Shown: positions 12,178-21,785 of the stretch, one piece after another
How positions within the stretch are numbered: position 1 is the first letter of the stretch
Layout of the letters: every line of letters starts with the position of its first letter
Assembly: GCA_031372565.1 (NCBI GenBank)
Contig: JANMLN010000084.1
Coordinates: 1 to 30,469, forward strand
Origin: Gemmatimonadota bacterium
GTDB lineage: Bacteria; Gemmatimonadota; Gemmatimonadetes; Gemmatimonadales; Gemmatimonadaceae
Direction of reading: 5' to 3'
DNA length: 30,469 nucleotides
Translations under genes and position numbers: made by a program
The notes under the pieces: model-generated
Seen by the model: the letters and a program-made list of their open reading frames with translations, nothing else
Told to the model about the DNA's origin: nothing
The model's database searches: none

Positions 12178-13148
12178 GCGAGGCGACGCAGCTGCACGAG
12201 GAAGAACGGCACGCCGATGATCGCCGTGACGGCGCCCAGCGGCAACTCGGTCGGACGGAGTGCGACACGCGCCACCACGTCGGCGATGATCACGAGCGTA
12301 CCGCCCGCGAGCGCCGAGGCGGCAATCGCACCGCGATGCGCACGCGCTCCGGCCCCGCGCACGAGATGCGGCACGATCAGCCCCACGAACCCCACCAGCC
12401 CGGCCGCCGCCACCGTCGCCGCTGCCACCAGTGATGCCGCCAGGAACACACGTCGGCTCGCCGCATCCGGCTCGACGCCGAGCGACGCGGCAGCCTCCGC
12501 GCCGAGTGCCAACACGTCGATCTCGCGTCCCATCCATGCGAGCGCGCCGCCACCAACGCCGACCAACACCGCGAGCCAGCGCACCTGAAACCAGTCCGCA
12601 TCGGACAACGAGCCCATCATCCACCACGTTGCGCCCCGGATCGTGTTGGCCGGCGCATTGGCCAGCGCCACCATGATGGCCGCGTTCGCGAAGGCACCAA
12701 CCACGACGCCCGCCATCAGCAGGAGCCGCGCGTCTCCCTGCCCGCCCGCCGCATGCGCCACCACCAGTACGACGAGCACCGCGACGACCGCGCCGGAGAA
12801 GGCAGCGATCGGCACCAGCAGGCCGTGCGCTCCCGCCAACACCACGGCGAGCACGGCGCCCACGGCCGCTCCGCCGCTGACGCCGAGCAGGTACGGCTCC
12901 GCGAGCGGATTGCGCAGCGTTCCCTGCAGCGCAGCGCCGCTCATGCCGAGTCCAGCTCCCACGAGCGCGCCGAGCGCGACGCGTGGCAGTCGCACATCGC
13001 GAACGATCGCGGTCGCGGTCGCGCCACCGGAGCCCGCGAGTGCGCTCCACAGCTCCGCGGGAGCGAGTGTCACGCTGCCGAGCGCGACGCCACAGGCCGC
13101 GGCCAGCAGCAGCATGGCCGTCAGCATGACGAGCGCGCGAATGGGCAT
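12174..13148 (-). CDS. btuC: Cobalamin ABC transporter permease (BtuC/FecCD family)
   Basis: VRLPR, RNPLAEPYLLGVSGGA, GFVGLIVPH, ELPLGAVTAIIGVPFF; 324 aa from ATG 13148. Confidence 0.9.
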   Translation of the reverse strand: MPIRALVMLTAMLLLAAACGVALGSVTLAPAELWSALAGSGGATATAIVRDVRLPRVALGALVGAGLGMSGAALQGTLRNPLAEPYLLGVSGGAAVGAVLAVVLAGAHGLLVPIAAFSGAVVAVLVVLVVAHAAGGQGDARLLLMAGVVVGAFANAAIMVALANAPANTIRGATWWMMGSLSDADWFQVRWLAVLVGVGGGALAWMGREIDVLALGAEAAASLGVEPDAASRRVFLAASLVAAATVAAAGLVGFVGLIVPHLVRGAGARAHRGAIAASALAGGTLVIIADVVARVALRPTELPLGAVTAIIGVPFFLVQLRRLA

Positions 13149-13149
13149 C

Positions 13150-14064
13150 CTACGGTGTGATGTCGGGATGCAGCGTGCGCGCCAACGATACGGCCGCCTC
13201 GCCCAATCGAACGCCCGGACGCCCAACGCGCGTGGTGTCGACCATGCCGAAGCGACCCTCCCGTACGGCGCGCACCGCGCGCCACGCTGGCGCGTCACGC
13301 AGGCGCGCTTCGCTGCCGGGGGCCACCATCACGAGGTCCGGATCACGGCGCGCGACATCTTCCAGCGTCACCGCCGGGCTGGGCTGCGACAGATCGTCGT
13401 ACAGGTTCACGCCGCCGGCGATGGTGACCAACTCACTGAGGAACGATCCCCGACCGATCGTGAGCAGCGGGCGATCGTACACCTTCCAGAAGACGCGCGG
13501 CCGCGCTCGACCCGCCGTCGCCGCTCGCACGCGTGCGAGCGTGGCGCTCACCGAATCGACGACCCGGCGCGCGCGGACCGTGTCGCCGACGGCGCGGCCG
13601 AGCATCATCGTCGTGCGCGCGAAGTCCGCGATCTTGTCATTGCGGAGCGTGAGCGTGGCGACCCCTGCCCGGCGAAAGGCCTGCGCGGCCGCCCGATTGT
13701 CTTCGCTCGCGTAGAGCAGCACCAGATCGGGTCGCGCGGCCAAGACCGTCTCGACGTTGGGCCGCAGGGCCGCCCCCATGTCGGGGACGAGGCGCGCCGA
13801 GTCGGGCCACGTATCCCACGTCGTTCGTCCGACGACGCGGGCGCCTGCGCCGATCGTGAACAGGACCTCCGTGGTCGACGGATTGAGCGACACGATCCGC
13901 GTGGCCGGCGCCACGAGCACCGCCGAGTCGCCGGCGTCATCGACGAACGTGGCGAATGGCGCGGCAGGACGCGGGACCGCTTCTCGCTCGCACGCGGCAA
14001 CCGCGATGCCGAGCAGCACGAGTGCTCGGCGGACCGGCGGCGCAGGAAAAAAGAAAGCGGGCAT
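13150..14064 (-). CDS. btuF: Cobalamin ABC substrate-binding lipoprotein (BtuF family)
   Basis: VAAC lipobox; RIVSLNPSTTEVLF, PNVE.VLA.RPDLV, AGG.N, RPG.RL; first gene after the riboswitch. Start codon somewhat uncertain. Confidence 0.88.
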   Translation of the reverse strand: MPAFFFPAPPVRRALVLLGIAVAACEREAVPRPAAPFATFVDDAGDSAVLVAPATRIVSLNPSTTEVLFTIGAGARVVGRTTWDTWPDSARLVPDMGAALRPNVETVLAARPDLVLLYASEDNRAAAQAFRRAGVATLTLRNDKIADFARTTMMLGRAVGDTVRARRVVDSVSATLARVRAATAGRARPRVFWKVYDRPLLTIGRGSFLSELVTIAGGVNLYDDLSQPSPAVTLEDVARRDPDLVMVAPGSEARLRDAPAWRAVRAVREGRFGMVDTTRVGRPGVRLGEAAVSLARTLHPDITP

Positions 14065-14091
14065 TTCGCTCCAGCATAGGAGGAAGCCCGC
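14047..14091 (-). terminator. Riboswitch expression-platform hairpin followed by a U-tract
   Basis: Minus strand GCGGGC-TTCCTCC-TATGCT-GGAGCGAA-AT-GCCCGC then TTTCTTTTTT. Confidence 0.75.
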
Positions 14092-14130
14092 AACGTCGAA
14101 TGCTGCTACCGCAGCCCCGGACGCCACCAG

Positions 14131-14308
14131 CCCTCCCCCGAGGGTCTGAATTGGCAGCGGACCAGGGTCGTCTCCTGGCTCCGGGCGATCCGCTCCGCCT
14201 TCCCAGCCGACAAGGCGGCCAGTGGCTTCGTGGAGCGAACGACATCATGCCCGATACAGTGGCGGGGCCGCGCCGGCTTGGTTCCGGCTTCCGTGTCCCA
14301 GGTCCGCG
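14131..14308 (-). ncRNA. Cobalamin (AdoCbl-type, long P6 extension) riboswitch
   Basis: Outer helix GCGGACC/GGTCCGC; GGAAGCCGG...CCGGC; GCGGCCCCGCCACTGT; second GCCACTG...GGGAAGGC; B12 box GAGCCAGGAGACGACCC; P13 hairpin CCCT-CGGGGG-AGGG (14131-14144). Confidence 0.95.
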
Positions 14309-14325
14309 ATCAATTGTTGAACGAG

Positions 14326-14354
14326 AGTCTACGCTTCGCCGTCCCGTCGCGCAA
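14326..14354 (-). promoter_or_regulatory. sigma70 promoter for the riboswitch/btu operon, inside the 3' end of the upstream gene
   Basis: TTGCGC-N17-TAGACT. The -10 includes the upstream TAG stop, and the predicted start falls ~10 nt before the aptamer. Confidence 0.6.
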
Positions 14355-15543
14355 GCGCGAGCGTGAGACGATCCTTGAGCGTCGAGCGCGCGCGCGCATA
14401 TTCGGCCGGATCGCCGGGACGACGCGCATGCGCACGATCCAGATCGGCAATCTCGCGCGCGATCTGCTCGGGATCATCATTCACCAAGGTGGCCCGTGCG
14501 CCACCCGCGTTGCGCGCCACGAATGCCGTGCGCGTGAGTCCAGCCAACAGCGCCACGCCGATGGCGAACACGATGCCGATGATGTATGCGCTGGTGCGTC
14601 CGGAGAGCGACCCGGGCACGCTGATCGTCATCTGGCCGCCTGCCGCGATGTTCTGCCCGAGGAAGCGCTTGAACGTGCGACCGTCGGCGCCAATCGGTCC
14701 GGCGTTCTGCAGCGCGGCGCCGCTCACGGTCGCACTCGGCTCCTCGATCAGCAGTTCGAGCACATCGGTGGCGCGCTCAAGCGAGAGGCTCAGCGGAAAT
14801 GACGTGTCCGGCAGGCGATACGAGAAGGAGAGCTGCTTGAGCCCGGGTGCGAAGGGCGCGAAGACGCGCAGGACCCCCGGCGCGTTTCCGGTCGCATCCG
14901 CGGGAACGTCGCCCTGTCCGACGAGCACATCGGTGGCCGCGTTCGGCACCGGGACGGTGAGCGTCGGTGTCTGCGAGTCACTCGCGACCAGCGTGCGCAC
15001 GGAATCGTTGGCCAGTTCGTACACCTCGATCACCACGCGCGAACGCGTCGAGTCGGCGGCGCTCACGATCACGTGTCGGCCGCGCACGGCGAGTTGCACC
15101 TCTCGGCTGGTCGTGTCGAACACGCTGAGCCGTGCGTCGTTGCCGCTGACCACGGCCTTGCGGAGCGGCGGTGTGAAGTACGCGATGCCCTGCCAGGTGG
15201 TGGCGGCAAAGTAGATCGCATTCGCGCTGCCCGTCACGCGGTAGCGGATGCGGTACGCGCCCGACGCATCGGTGCGCACCGAGTCCACCGGGCCTTCGCG
15301 ATCGGGACCGACGCGATGCAAGGTGATCACGGCACCCGCGATCGGCACAGGCCCGCTGCGTGTGAGGCGCTCGACGCGGCCGCCGACCTCCCGCGGGCCC
15401 GTCGCGGTCGGGCCGTGCGGATTCTCCGACCCCGGGACGACGGGAAGCGGGCCTCCCGGAGGCGGCGCGATCTGCGCAACCAGCGGCGTGGCCACACGCA
15501 GACTCAGGCCCAGTGACAGTGCGAAGCGGAGGGTGCGAAGCAT
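14329..15543 (-). CDS. Uncharacterised exported protein with carboxypeptidase-regulatory-like beta domain, C-terminal TM helix and helical tail
   Basis: Signal peptide; PIAGAVITLH...TDASGAYRI motif; TM YIIGIVFAIGVALLAGL; tail IADLD...EYARARSTLK; 404 aa. Confidence 0.8.
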   Translation of the reverse strand: MLRTLRFALSLGLSLRVATPLVAQIAPPPGGPLPVVPGSENPHGPTATGPREVGGRVERLTRSGPVPIAGAVITLHRVGPDREGPVDSVRTDASGAYRIRYRVTGSANAIYFAATTWQGIAYFTPPLRKAVVSGNDARLSVFDTTSREVQLAVRGRHVIVSAADSTRSRVVIEVYELANDSVRTLVASDSQTPTLTVPVPNAATDVLVGQGDVPADATGNAPGVLRVFAPFAPGLKQLSFSYRLPDTSFPLSLSLERATDVLELLIEEPSATVSGAALQNAGPIGADGRTFKRFLGQNIAAGGQMTISVPGSLSGRTSAYIIGIVFAIGVALLAGLTRTAFVARNAGGARATLVNDDPEQIAREIADLDRAHARRPGDPAEYARARSTLKDRLTLALARRDGEA

Positions 15544-16109
15544 CAGAGGCGGAACTTGCCGAAGTCCTCGGGCCGCAGCCGTTCGAGGTACTCCTTCAGC
15601 TGTTGAGCCGAGCGCTCCTCACTCTTGCGCGCCTCGGCGAAGTCGGGCACAGTCGGATCATCGTCGGGTTCCGGCGCGTCACCGGAATCGTCGTCGCCTT
15701 CGTCCGTCTCGTCGTCATCGTCGTCGGGTCGCACGAGCAGCGACTCCAGCGCAAAGATGGGCGCCTCGAGGCGAAGCGCGATCGCGATCGAGTCGGACGG
15801 GCGCGCGTCAACCTGCACCACGGCCTCGTCGCGCTGCAATGTGAGTTCAGCGTAATAGGTGTTGTCCTCGACGCGCGTGATGCTCACGCGCCGGAGGACG
15901 CCACCGAGCCCGACAATCAGGTGACGGCAGAGATCGTGCGTCATCGGCCGCTCACGCTTGACGCCATTGAGGTGCGAGGCAATCGACTCCGCCTCCGGCT
16001 GCCCGATCCAGATCGGAAGGATACGGGGGCCGCCTCGTTCCCGCAGCACGACGACGTACGAGTTCGTCGTGCTGTCGACGCCCAGCCGGGCGACCGCCAT
16101 TTCAACCAT
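15543..16109 (-). CDS. Bifunctional nuclease family protein (DUF151)
   Basis: LPIWIG..EAESI, RPMTHDL, YYAEL, DARPSDSIAIALR; C-terminal LE.LRPEDFGK; 188 aa. Confidence 0.92.
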   Translation of the reverse strand: MVEMAVARLGVDSTTNSYVVVLRERGGPRILPIWIGQPEAESIASHLNGVKRERPMTHDLCRHLIVGLGGVLRRVSITRVEDNTYYAELTLQRDEAVVQVDARPSDSIAIALRLEAPIFALESLLVRPDDDDDETDEGDDDSGDAPEPDDDPTVPDFAEARKSEERSAQQLKEYLERLRPEDFGKFRL

Positions 16110-16133
16110 GGGTTGTCGCCCGCGCGTGGGCGA

Positions 16134-17309
16134 TCAGGCGTTGGCCAGGCGCTTGAGCGCGGCGGCCCGATCGGTGCGCTCCCACGTGAACGTGGTGCGT
16201 CCATGCTTGCCCGACCCGATCTTCTCTGGCGTGCGGCCGAAGTGTCCGTACGCCGACGTCGCCGAGTAGATCGGCTTGAGGAGATCCAGCGACGCGATGA
16301 TGCCGCGCGGCGTCAGGTCGAAGACCTCACGAACAGCGGCCAGGATGTTTGCCTCGGGCACCGCGCTGGTGCCGAAGGTGTCGACCATGATCGACACGGG
16401 ATCGGCCACGCCGATGGCGTACGCGACCTGCACTTCGCACCGACGGGCGAGCCCCGCCGCGACGATGTTCTTGGCCACCCAGCGCGCCGCGTAGCACGCC
16501 GAGCGATCGACCTTCGAGGGGTCCTTGCCGCTGAACGCGCCGCCGCCGTGCCGACCCATGCCACCGTACGTGTCGACGATGATCTTGCGCCCCGTGAGAC
16601 CGCAGTCACCCTGCGGGCCGCCCACGACGAAGCGCCCAGTCGGGTTGATGTGGTACTTCACGTGCTTGCCGAGCAGCGCCTTCGGGATCGTCGCTTCCAC
16701 GATGTCCTTGATGACCGCCTTGCGAATCGTCGCGTTGCTCACGCCATCGGCGTGCTGGGTGCTGACGACCACGGTGTCCACGGCCACGGGATGCCCGTCT
16801 TCGTAGAGCACCGTCACCTGCGCCTTGCCATCCGGCCGGAGCCACTTGAGCGTCTTGTCGTTGCGGCGATCCGCCAGCGCGCGCGTCAGACCGTGCGCCA
16901 GGTGGATCGGCATCGGCATGAGCTCGGGGGTCTCGTCGCAGGCGTAGCCGAACATCATCCCCTGGTCCCCGGCGCCGCCCGTGTCCACCCCCATGGAGAT
17001 GTCGGGCGACTGCTTGCCCAGCGCGTTCAGCACCGAACAGGTCTTGTAGTCGAAGCCGTAGGTGGCGTCCGTGTATCCGATGCGCTGGATCGTGGTGCGC
17101 GCGATATCCTGCAGGTCGACCCAGCTGTTCGTCGTTACTTCGCCAGCGATCACGGCCATGCCCGTCGTGACAAGCGTTTCGCAGGCGACCCGTGCCTTCG
17201 AGTCCAGTGTCAGGATCGCGTCGAGCACGCCATCGGAAATGGCGTCAGCGATCTTGTCCGGATGACCTTCGGTGACGGACTCGGAGGTGAACAGTTGACG
17301 ATCAAGCAC
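16134..17309 (-). CDS. metK: S-adenosylmethionine synthetase
   Basis: GTG start; [33 protein letters not shown]; 391 aa. Confidence 0.97.
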   Translation of the reverse strand: MLDRQLFTSESVTEGHPDKIADAISDGVLDAILTLDSKARVACETLVTTGMAVIAGEVTTNSWVDLQDIARTTIQRIGYTDATYGFDYKTCSVLNALGKQSPDISMGVDTGGAGDQGMMFGYACDETPELMPMPIHLAHGLTRALADRRNDKTLKWLRPDGKAQVTVLYEDGHPVAVDTVVVSTQHADGVSNATIRKAVIKDIVEATIPKALLGKHVKYHINPTGRFVVGGPQGDCGLTGRKIIVDTYGGMGRHGGGAFSGKDPSKVDRSACYAARWVAKNIVAAGLARRCEVQVAYAIGVADPVSIMVDTFGTSAVPEANILAAVREVFDLTPRGIIASLDLLKPIYSATSAYGHFGRTPEKIGSGKHGRTTFTWERTDRAAALKRLANA

Positions 17310-17352
17310 GGCGAAACTTGGCTGGAGAAGAGTGGCCGCCCGACGCGGCAGG

Positions 17353-19146
17353 CTAGCCTCGAATCGTATCGGACGCTCCGACCCCAGACAAGCCGGAATT
17401 GAGCCACGGCGCATCCCCAACCGCGGCGAACAACCGCTGCCGGAGCTGCTGCTCCGCGGCCGCCGCGCTGCTCGCCGCCATGGCGGCTTCGGCCGCCTCC
17501 CGGGCGATGGCGGCACTGATCGAGCGCACGATGCGCTTCACCAGCGGCACCGACCGCGGCGACACCGACAGCGTCCGGACGCCCAATCCGATCAGCGCGA
17601 ACGCCATGAGCGGCTGCGATGCCATCTCGCCACAGACCGACACGTCGAGCGCGTGCGCCGAGCCCACCTCCACCGTCCGACGGATCAGCCGCAGGACGGC
17701 CGGATGCAACGGGGTGTAGCGGGCCGCCAGGTTCGCATTGCCGCGGTCGACGGCCAGCGTGTACTGCACCAGGTCATTGGTTCCGACGCTCAGGAACGCG
17801 ACATCGCCCACCAGGGTGTCGACCGCGACGGCGGCGGCCGGCGTCTCCACCATCACGCCGAGCGGCAGGTCGGTTGCGTGCGGTACTCCCCGCGCCGCCA
17901 GCTCGAGCGTCGCCTCCTGCAGCAGCACGCGCGCGGCACGGACCTCCTCGACGCTCACGATCAGCGGCAGCATCAGCCGCACGTCGCCGTGCAGCGCCGC
18001 GCGCAGGAGCGCGCGCAACTGCACCTTGAACAGCTCCGGCTGGTCGAGGCACATGCGAATCGCGCGCCAGCCGAGGAAGGGATTGGCCTCGGCAGGAAAG
18101 CCGCCCACGGGCAGCTTGTCGCCGCCGATGTCGAAGGTACGAATGACGACTGGTCGTCCGCCGAACGCGCTGACCACACGGGCGTACGCCCGGTACTGCT
18201 CCTCTTCGTCGGGCATCGTGGCCCGCCCGACCACCAGAAACTCGGTGCGCATCAGGCCAACGCCTTCGGCTCCCGACGACGCGGCATGCTCCGCTTCCTC
18301 GGGCAGGTCGACGTTCGCGCGCAGCGTCACGCGTTCGCCATCCTCCGTGAGCGCCTCGGCGGCAGACTCACGCAACAGCTCGGCCTCGTCGCGGGCCTCG
18401 CGGATGGCCCGACGCCGATACGCGTCGATCTCGGCCTGGGTCGGCTGCAGCAGCAGCTGGCCACTCGATCCGTCGAGGACGATGATGTCGCCACTCCGGA
18501 CCCGCGCCGTTGCGTCGCGCAACCCCACGACCGCGGGAAGCCCCAGCGAACGCGCAAGAATCGCCACGTGCGACGTCCGCGTACCGGCATCAGTGGCAAT
18601 CGCCGCAATCGCCCCGCGATCGAGCTGCACGGTGAGGGACGGCGTGAGGTCGTGCGTCACGATGATCGCGCCGGCCCCCTTCGGCAGCTCCACCGGGTCG
18701 TGGTCCGGCAACTCCATCAACACGGTCAGCACGCGAATGTGCACGTCGGTCAGATCGCTGACGCGCTCCCGCACCATCGCCTGGGCATGCCGCGCGAAGT
18801 GCTGGTGCCACTCGAGCATCACGAGATCGAAGGCTTTCTCGGCGGTCAGGTTCTGCCGCACCAAGGTCTCGACCGCCTTGAGCAGCTCCGTGTCCTCGAG
18901 CATGGATCGCTGCACGTCGAAGATGGCCGCCTCCTCGACGCCGGCCGAGGCGGCCACGCGATCGCGCACATGCGCCAATCGCTCGCGCGACTTGACCACC
19001 GCCGCCCGGAAACGCTCGATCTCGGCGTCGATCCCGTCATCGGTGATGATCGTGTTGCGGACTTCAGGCACGTCCCAGCGCAGCACGTGGGCCGGTCCCA
19101 CCACGATGCCCGGCGACGCCGGACTGCCGACGACCGTCCGGTCCAC
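17353..19146 (-). CDS. ptsI: PTS enzyme I (no GAF domain)
   Basis: [10 protein letters not shown] phospho-His, [38 protein letters not shown] start; 597 aa. Confidence 0.95.
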   Translation of the reverse strand: MDRTVVGSPASPGIVVGPAHVLRWDVPEVRNTIITDDGIDAEIERFRAAVVKSRERLAHVRDRVAASAGVEEAAIFDVQRSMLEDTELLKAVETLVRQNLTAEKAFDLVMLEWHQHFARHAQAMVRERVSDLTDVHIRVLTVLMELPDHDPVELPKGAGAIIVTHDLTPSLTVQLDRGAIAAIATDAGTRTSHVAILARSLGLPAVVGLRDATARVRSGDIIVLDGSSGQLLLQPTQAEIDAYRRRAIREARDEAELLRESAAEALTEDGERVTLRANVDLPEEAEHAASSGAEGVGLMRTEFLVVGRATMPDEEEQYRAYARVVSAFGGRPVVIRTFDIGGDKLPVGGFPAEANPFLGWRAIRMCLDQPELFKVQLRALLRAALHGDVRLMLPLIVSVEEVRAARVLLQEATLELAARGVPHATDLPLGVMVETPAAAVAVDTLVGDVAFLSVGTNDLVQYTLAVDRGNANLAARYTPLHPAVLRLIRRTVEVGSAHALDVSVCGEMASQPLMAFALIGLGVRTLSVSPRSVPLVKRIVRSISAAIAREAAEAAMAASSAAAAEQQLRQRLFAAVGDAPWLNSGLSGVGASDTIRG

Positions 19147-19147
19147 G

Positions 19148-19417
19148 CTAGCTGCTCTCGCCGAACTTGCTGGCAATCAGCGCGGCCAGCGCGTCGAGGG
19201 CGCCGTCGGCGTCGGGGCCCTCCGCCTTGAGGCGCACGGTCGCGCCGTACTCGGCGGCCAGCATCATGACCCCCATGATGCTCTTCCCGTTCACCTCGAC
19301 GTCGTCACGCGCGATGGTGACGTCGGCGGTGAACCGCCCGGCGGTCTTCACGATCTCCGCCGCGGGGCGGGCATGGAGGCCGTGACGATTGATGATCTGG
19401 ACGGAACGCTCGGGCAT
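19148..19417 (-). CDS. ptsH: Phosphocarrier protein HPr
   Basis: GLHARP (His15) and NGKSIMG (Ser46); 89 aa from ATG 19417. Confidence 0.95.
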   Translation of the reverse strand: MPERSVQIINRHGLHARPAAEIVKTAGRFTADVTIARDDVEVNGKSIMGVMMLAAEYGATVRLKAEGPDADGALDALAALIASKFGESS

Positions 19418-20223
19418 CAGCGGACGAGGGAGTAGAGGGCGACAGCCGTGAGTACGACAAGTGCCAAACGCCATCCTTCCAGCCGGCCATGCAGCCGGCT
19501 GATCAGGACACCGCCGAGCGCGACGACCGCCAGAACCGTCCAGAGCAAGGTGCGCCCGGGACCCATGAGACGGAAGAGTGCGAATGGGAGCGCGAGCCCC
19601 CCGATCAAGGCACCCGCGCGCAGGAGCCATTCCGGGCCGTCGCGCAGCACGGGGGCGCCAAGCCGCGACGACACCTTGAGGCCCGCATCCAGCCCGATGC
19701 GCAGTCCCCAGGCACGGAGCGCGAGGTGGCCCACGTTGTACGTGCCCAGAAACACCAGCAGGACCGCCCACCAGGACGCGCCGACCGCGAAGGCCGCGAG
19801 CCCCAACAGCGAGCAGAGGGGGAGCCACGCCGCCCACACCAACCGATCGCCCAGGCTGCCCAGCGGGCCGCAGAGCGCCGTGCGGAAGCGCTCGATGCGC
19901 TCTGGCGCCTCTCCCGCGAGCTCCGCCGTGGCGAGCGCTCCGACCGCAACCCCCGCGAGGTAGGGATGGCAGTTGAAGTACTGGCTCTGGCGCGCGAGCG
20001 CCGCTCGGTAGGCCGGACCGTCGTACCCGCCCGGCAGGAAGCGAAGCGCCGGCTCCATGCAGAAGCCAATCCCGGTGCCGGAGAGGAGCTCGTAATTCCA
20101 GGCCCCCTGCACGGCATGCAGGCGGAACAGGATCTGCAGTCGCGTGCGGAGCGTCAGCGCCGCTGCAGGGGCGCTGCCGTCTGGTGGGCGTCGTGATGCG
20201 GCGGGCGTCATGGTCACACTCAC
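19417..20223 (-). CDS. PTS mannose/fructose/sorbose family IID component
   Basis: QGAWNYE, YFNCHPY, LCGPLGSLGDRLVW, YN motif; GTGA overlap start (alternative ATG 20211). Confidence 0.9.
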   Translation of the reverse strand: MSVTMTPAASRRPPDGSAPAAALTLRTRLQILFRLHAVQGAWNYELLSGTGIGFCMEPALRFLPGGYDGPAYRAALARQSQYFNCHPYLAGVAVGALATAELAGEAPERIERFRTALCGPLGSLGDRLVWAAWLPLCSLLGLAAFAVGASWWAVLLVFLGTYNVGHLALRAWGLRIGLDAGLKVSSRLGAPVLRDGPEWLLRAGALIGGLALPFALFRLMGPGRTLLWTVLAVVALGGVLISRLHGRLEGWRLALVVLTAVALYSLVR

Positions 20224-20903
20224 CGGAGCGCCAGCAGGGCGAGGCTGGCTGCCAGTCCACCGGCGAAGAGCCAGCGGGCGGGTCGTGAGGCGTGGAAGAG
20301 CCGCCAGCACGCCGCCGCGGTCACGGACGCGAGCATCGCCACCGCCGCTGCTCGCGACACGTCCTGGCTCAGCGTCCACGTACCGATCGCCGCGCGCATG
20401 ACCGGCACGAGCACCGCGAGGCCGAGGGCAGTGATCAGCCCGCCACGGACCAGATCCAGCACAATGCCGCCGAGCATCAGCTGCCGGACGGCGTGCCAGG
20501 AACCCGCGTCGACCGCAGCGCGCGCCGACTGCGCACGACGTGCATTGAGGCGGCGCAGGGCCACCATCGACCCGCCGCCGATCCACGCCGTCGCGAGTGC
20601 GCCCAGCACCGCGAGCGTCAGCGACCCCGCGCGCCCCATGGGTTGGCTCGCAAAGAGCGCGCCGCCGACCACGGCCGCCGAGCCCCATTCCGGATAACGC
20701 GACGCGCCGAACGGGAGCGTCTCGAGCGCAATCAGCTCGAGCGCGGCGCCCACCAGCAAGCCGCTCTCCGGCGCACCCATCACGAGTCCCGCCAGCGTGG
20801 AGGCCGCGAGCGGCCGCGAGATCATCGCCTGCGGGAAGCTCACGACGTCCAGACCCAGCAGGGCGCCGAGCAGGACGAGCGGAAGGAACGCCTCGAGATT
20901 CAT
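20220..20903 (-). CDS. PTS mannose/fructose/sorbose family IIC component
   Basis: ISRPL...LAGL..G....GL.VGA.LEL....PFGA..P; hydrophobic; 227 aa. Confidence 0.9.
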   Translation of the reverse strand: MNLEAFLPLVLLGALLGLDVVSFPQAMISRPLAASTLAGLVMGAPESGLLVGAALELIALETLPFGASRYPEWGSAAVVGGALFASQPMGRAGSLTLAVLGALATAWIGGGSMVALRRLNARRAQSARAAVDAGSWHAVRQLMLGGIVLDLVRGGLITALGLAVLVPVMRAAIGTWTLSQDVSRAAAVAMLASVTAAACWRLFHASRPARWLFAGGLAASLALLALR

Positions 20904-21391
20904 GACAGATCGGTGCCCGCGAGCAGCTGATCGAGCGGCACCATCCGCGCACCGGGAACGTCCTGTGCGGTGACGCTCACGCCACGGGCGACCATCGCGC
21001 GCAACATCGCTTCCTCCTCGGGCGAGAGGAAGATGTAGCGCAACCGTTGCGTGCGGCCGGGCGCGTGATGGACGCCGCCCAGGTTCACGGCGCGCACCTG
21101 CGGTGCCGCCTCGGTGAGTCGGCGCATCGTGTCGATGTCACCGGTGAGCACGAGTCCGCGACGTCGGTCGCCCTGCCAGGTGGAGATCGCGGCGGCGGCG
21201 CTCGCAACGTCCATGAAGCTCACCGCCATGCCGGGGGGGACGCCCATCCGGTACAGGTCCTGCTCCCAGTCCGACTCGGCCGCGGCATCATCCACCAGCA
21301 CGACAAACGCAATGTCGAGCGGTTGCCCCCAACCCACGACGACTTGGCCGTGGATCAGGCGATCGTCGATGCGATACACCTCAACCGGCAT
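20900..21391 (-). CDS. PTS mannose family IIB component
   Basis: RIDDRLIHGQV...W, VNLGG, AQDVP; 163 aa from ATG 21391. Confidence 0.93.
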   Translation of the reverse strand: MPVEVYRIDDRLIHGQVVVGWGQPLDIAFVVLVDDAAAESDWEQDLYRMGVPPGMAVSFMDVASAAAAISTWQGDRRRGLVLTGDIDTMRRLTEAAPQVRAVNLGGVHHAPGRTQRLRYIFLSPEEEAMLRAMVARGVSVTAQDVPGARMVPLDQLLAGTDLS

Positions 21392-21785
21392 TCGGCGGCA
21401 CGCTGATGGTGCCGAGCGCGTCACGCCCGCGCTGCACCGCGCGTTCGGCGGCCGCTCGCGGCGTCAGGTCGTCGGCCATCGCGAAGTCGAGCAGCGTCGC
21501 CAGATTCGCACCGGTCACCACGAGCAGGCCGTGTTGGTGGCGCTGTACCTTCCGTGCGGCGATCGCGCAGCTCCCCATCGGCAAGTCGGTGAAGACCACC
21601 TCGATTCCGCCGGCGTCGACGGTCTCGCGAATGGCGCGCTCGATGTCACCGGGGGACAAGCCGCGATTCGAGAGGGCGATGAACGCGGTGCCGCGCCCCG
21701 TGATGGCCTCGACGCCGGAGACGAGTCCCGCCGCGAGGTCGCCGTGCGCGGCGACCAGCGCGCGGGGCGAGCGCGCCTCACTCAT
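21381..21785 (-). CDS. PTS mannose family IIA component
   Basis: AAHGDLA.G, FTDL..GS, VVTGANL; 134 aa. Confidence 0.92.
   Translation of the reverse strand: MSEARSPRALVAAHGDLAAGLVSGVEAITGRGTAFIALSNRGLSPGDIERAIRETVDAGGIEVVFTDLPMGSCAIAARKVQRHQHGLLVVTGANLATLLDFAMADDLTPRAAAERAVQRGRDALGTISVPPNAG

Noticed and set aside
17310..17352. SAM riboswitch before metK
   Set aside because: The 43-bp gap has no recognisable SAM riboswitch core motifs.
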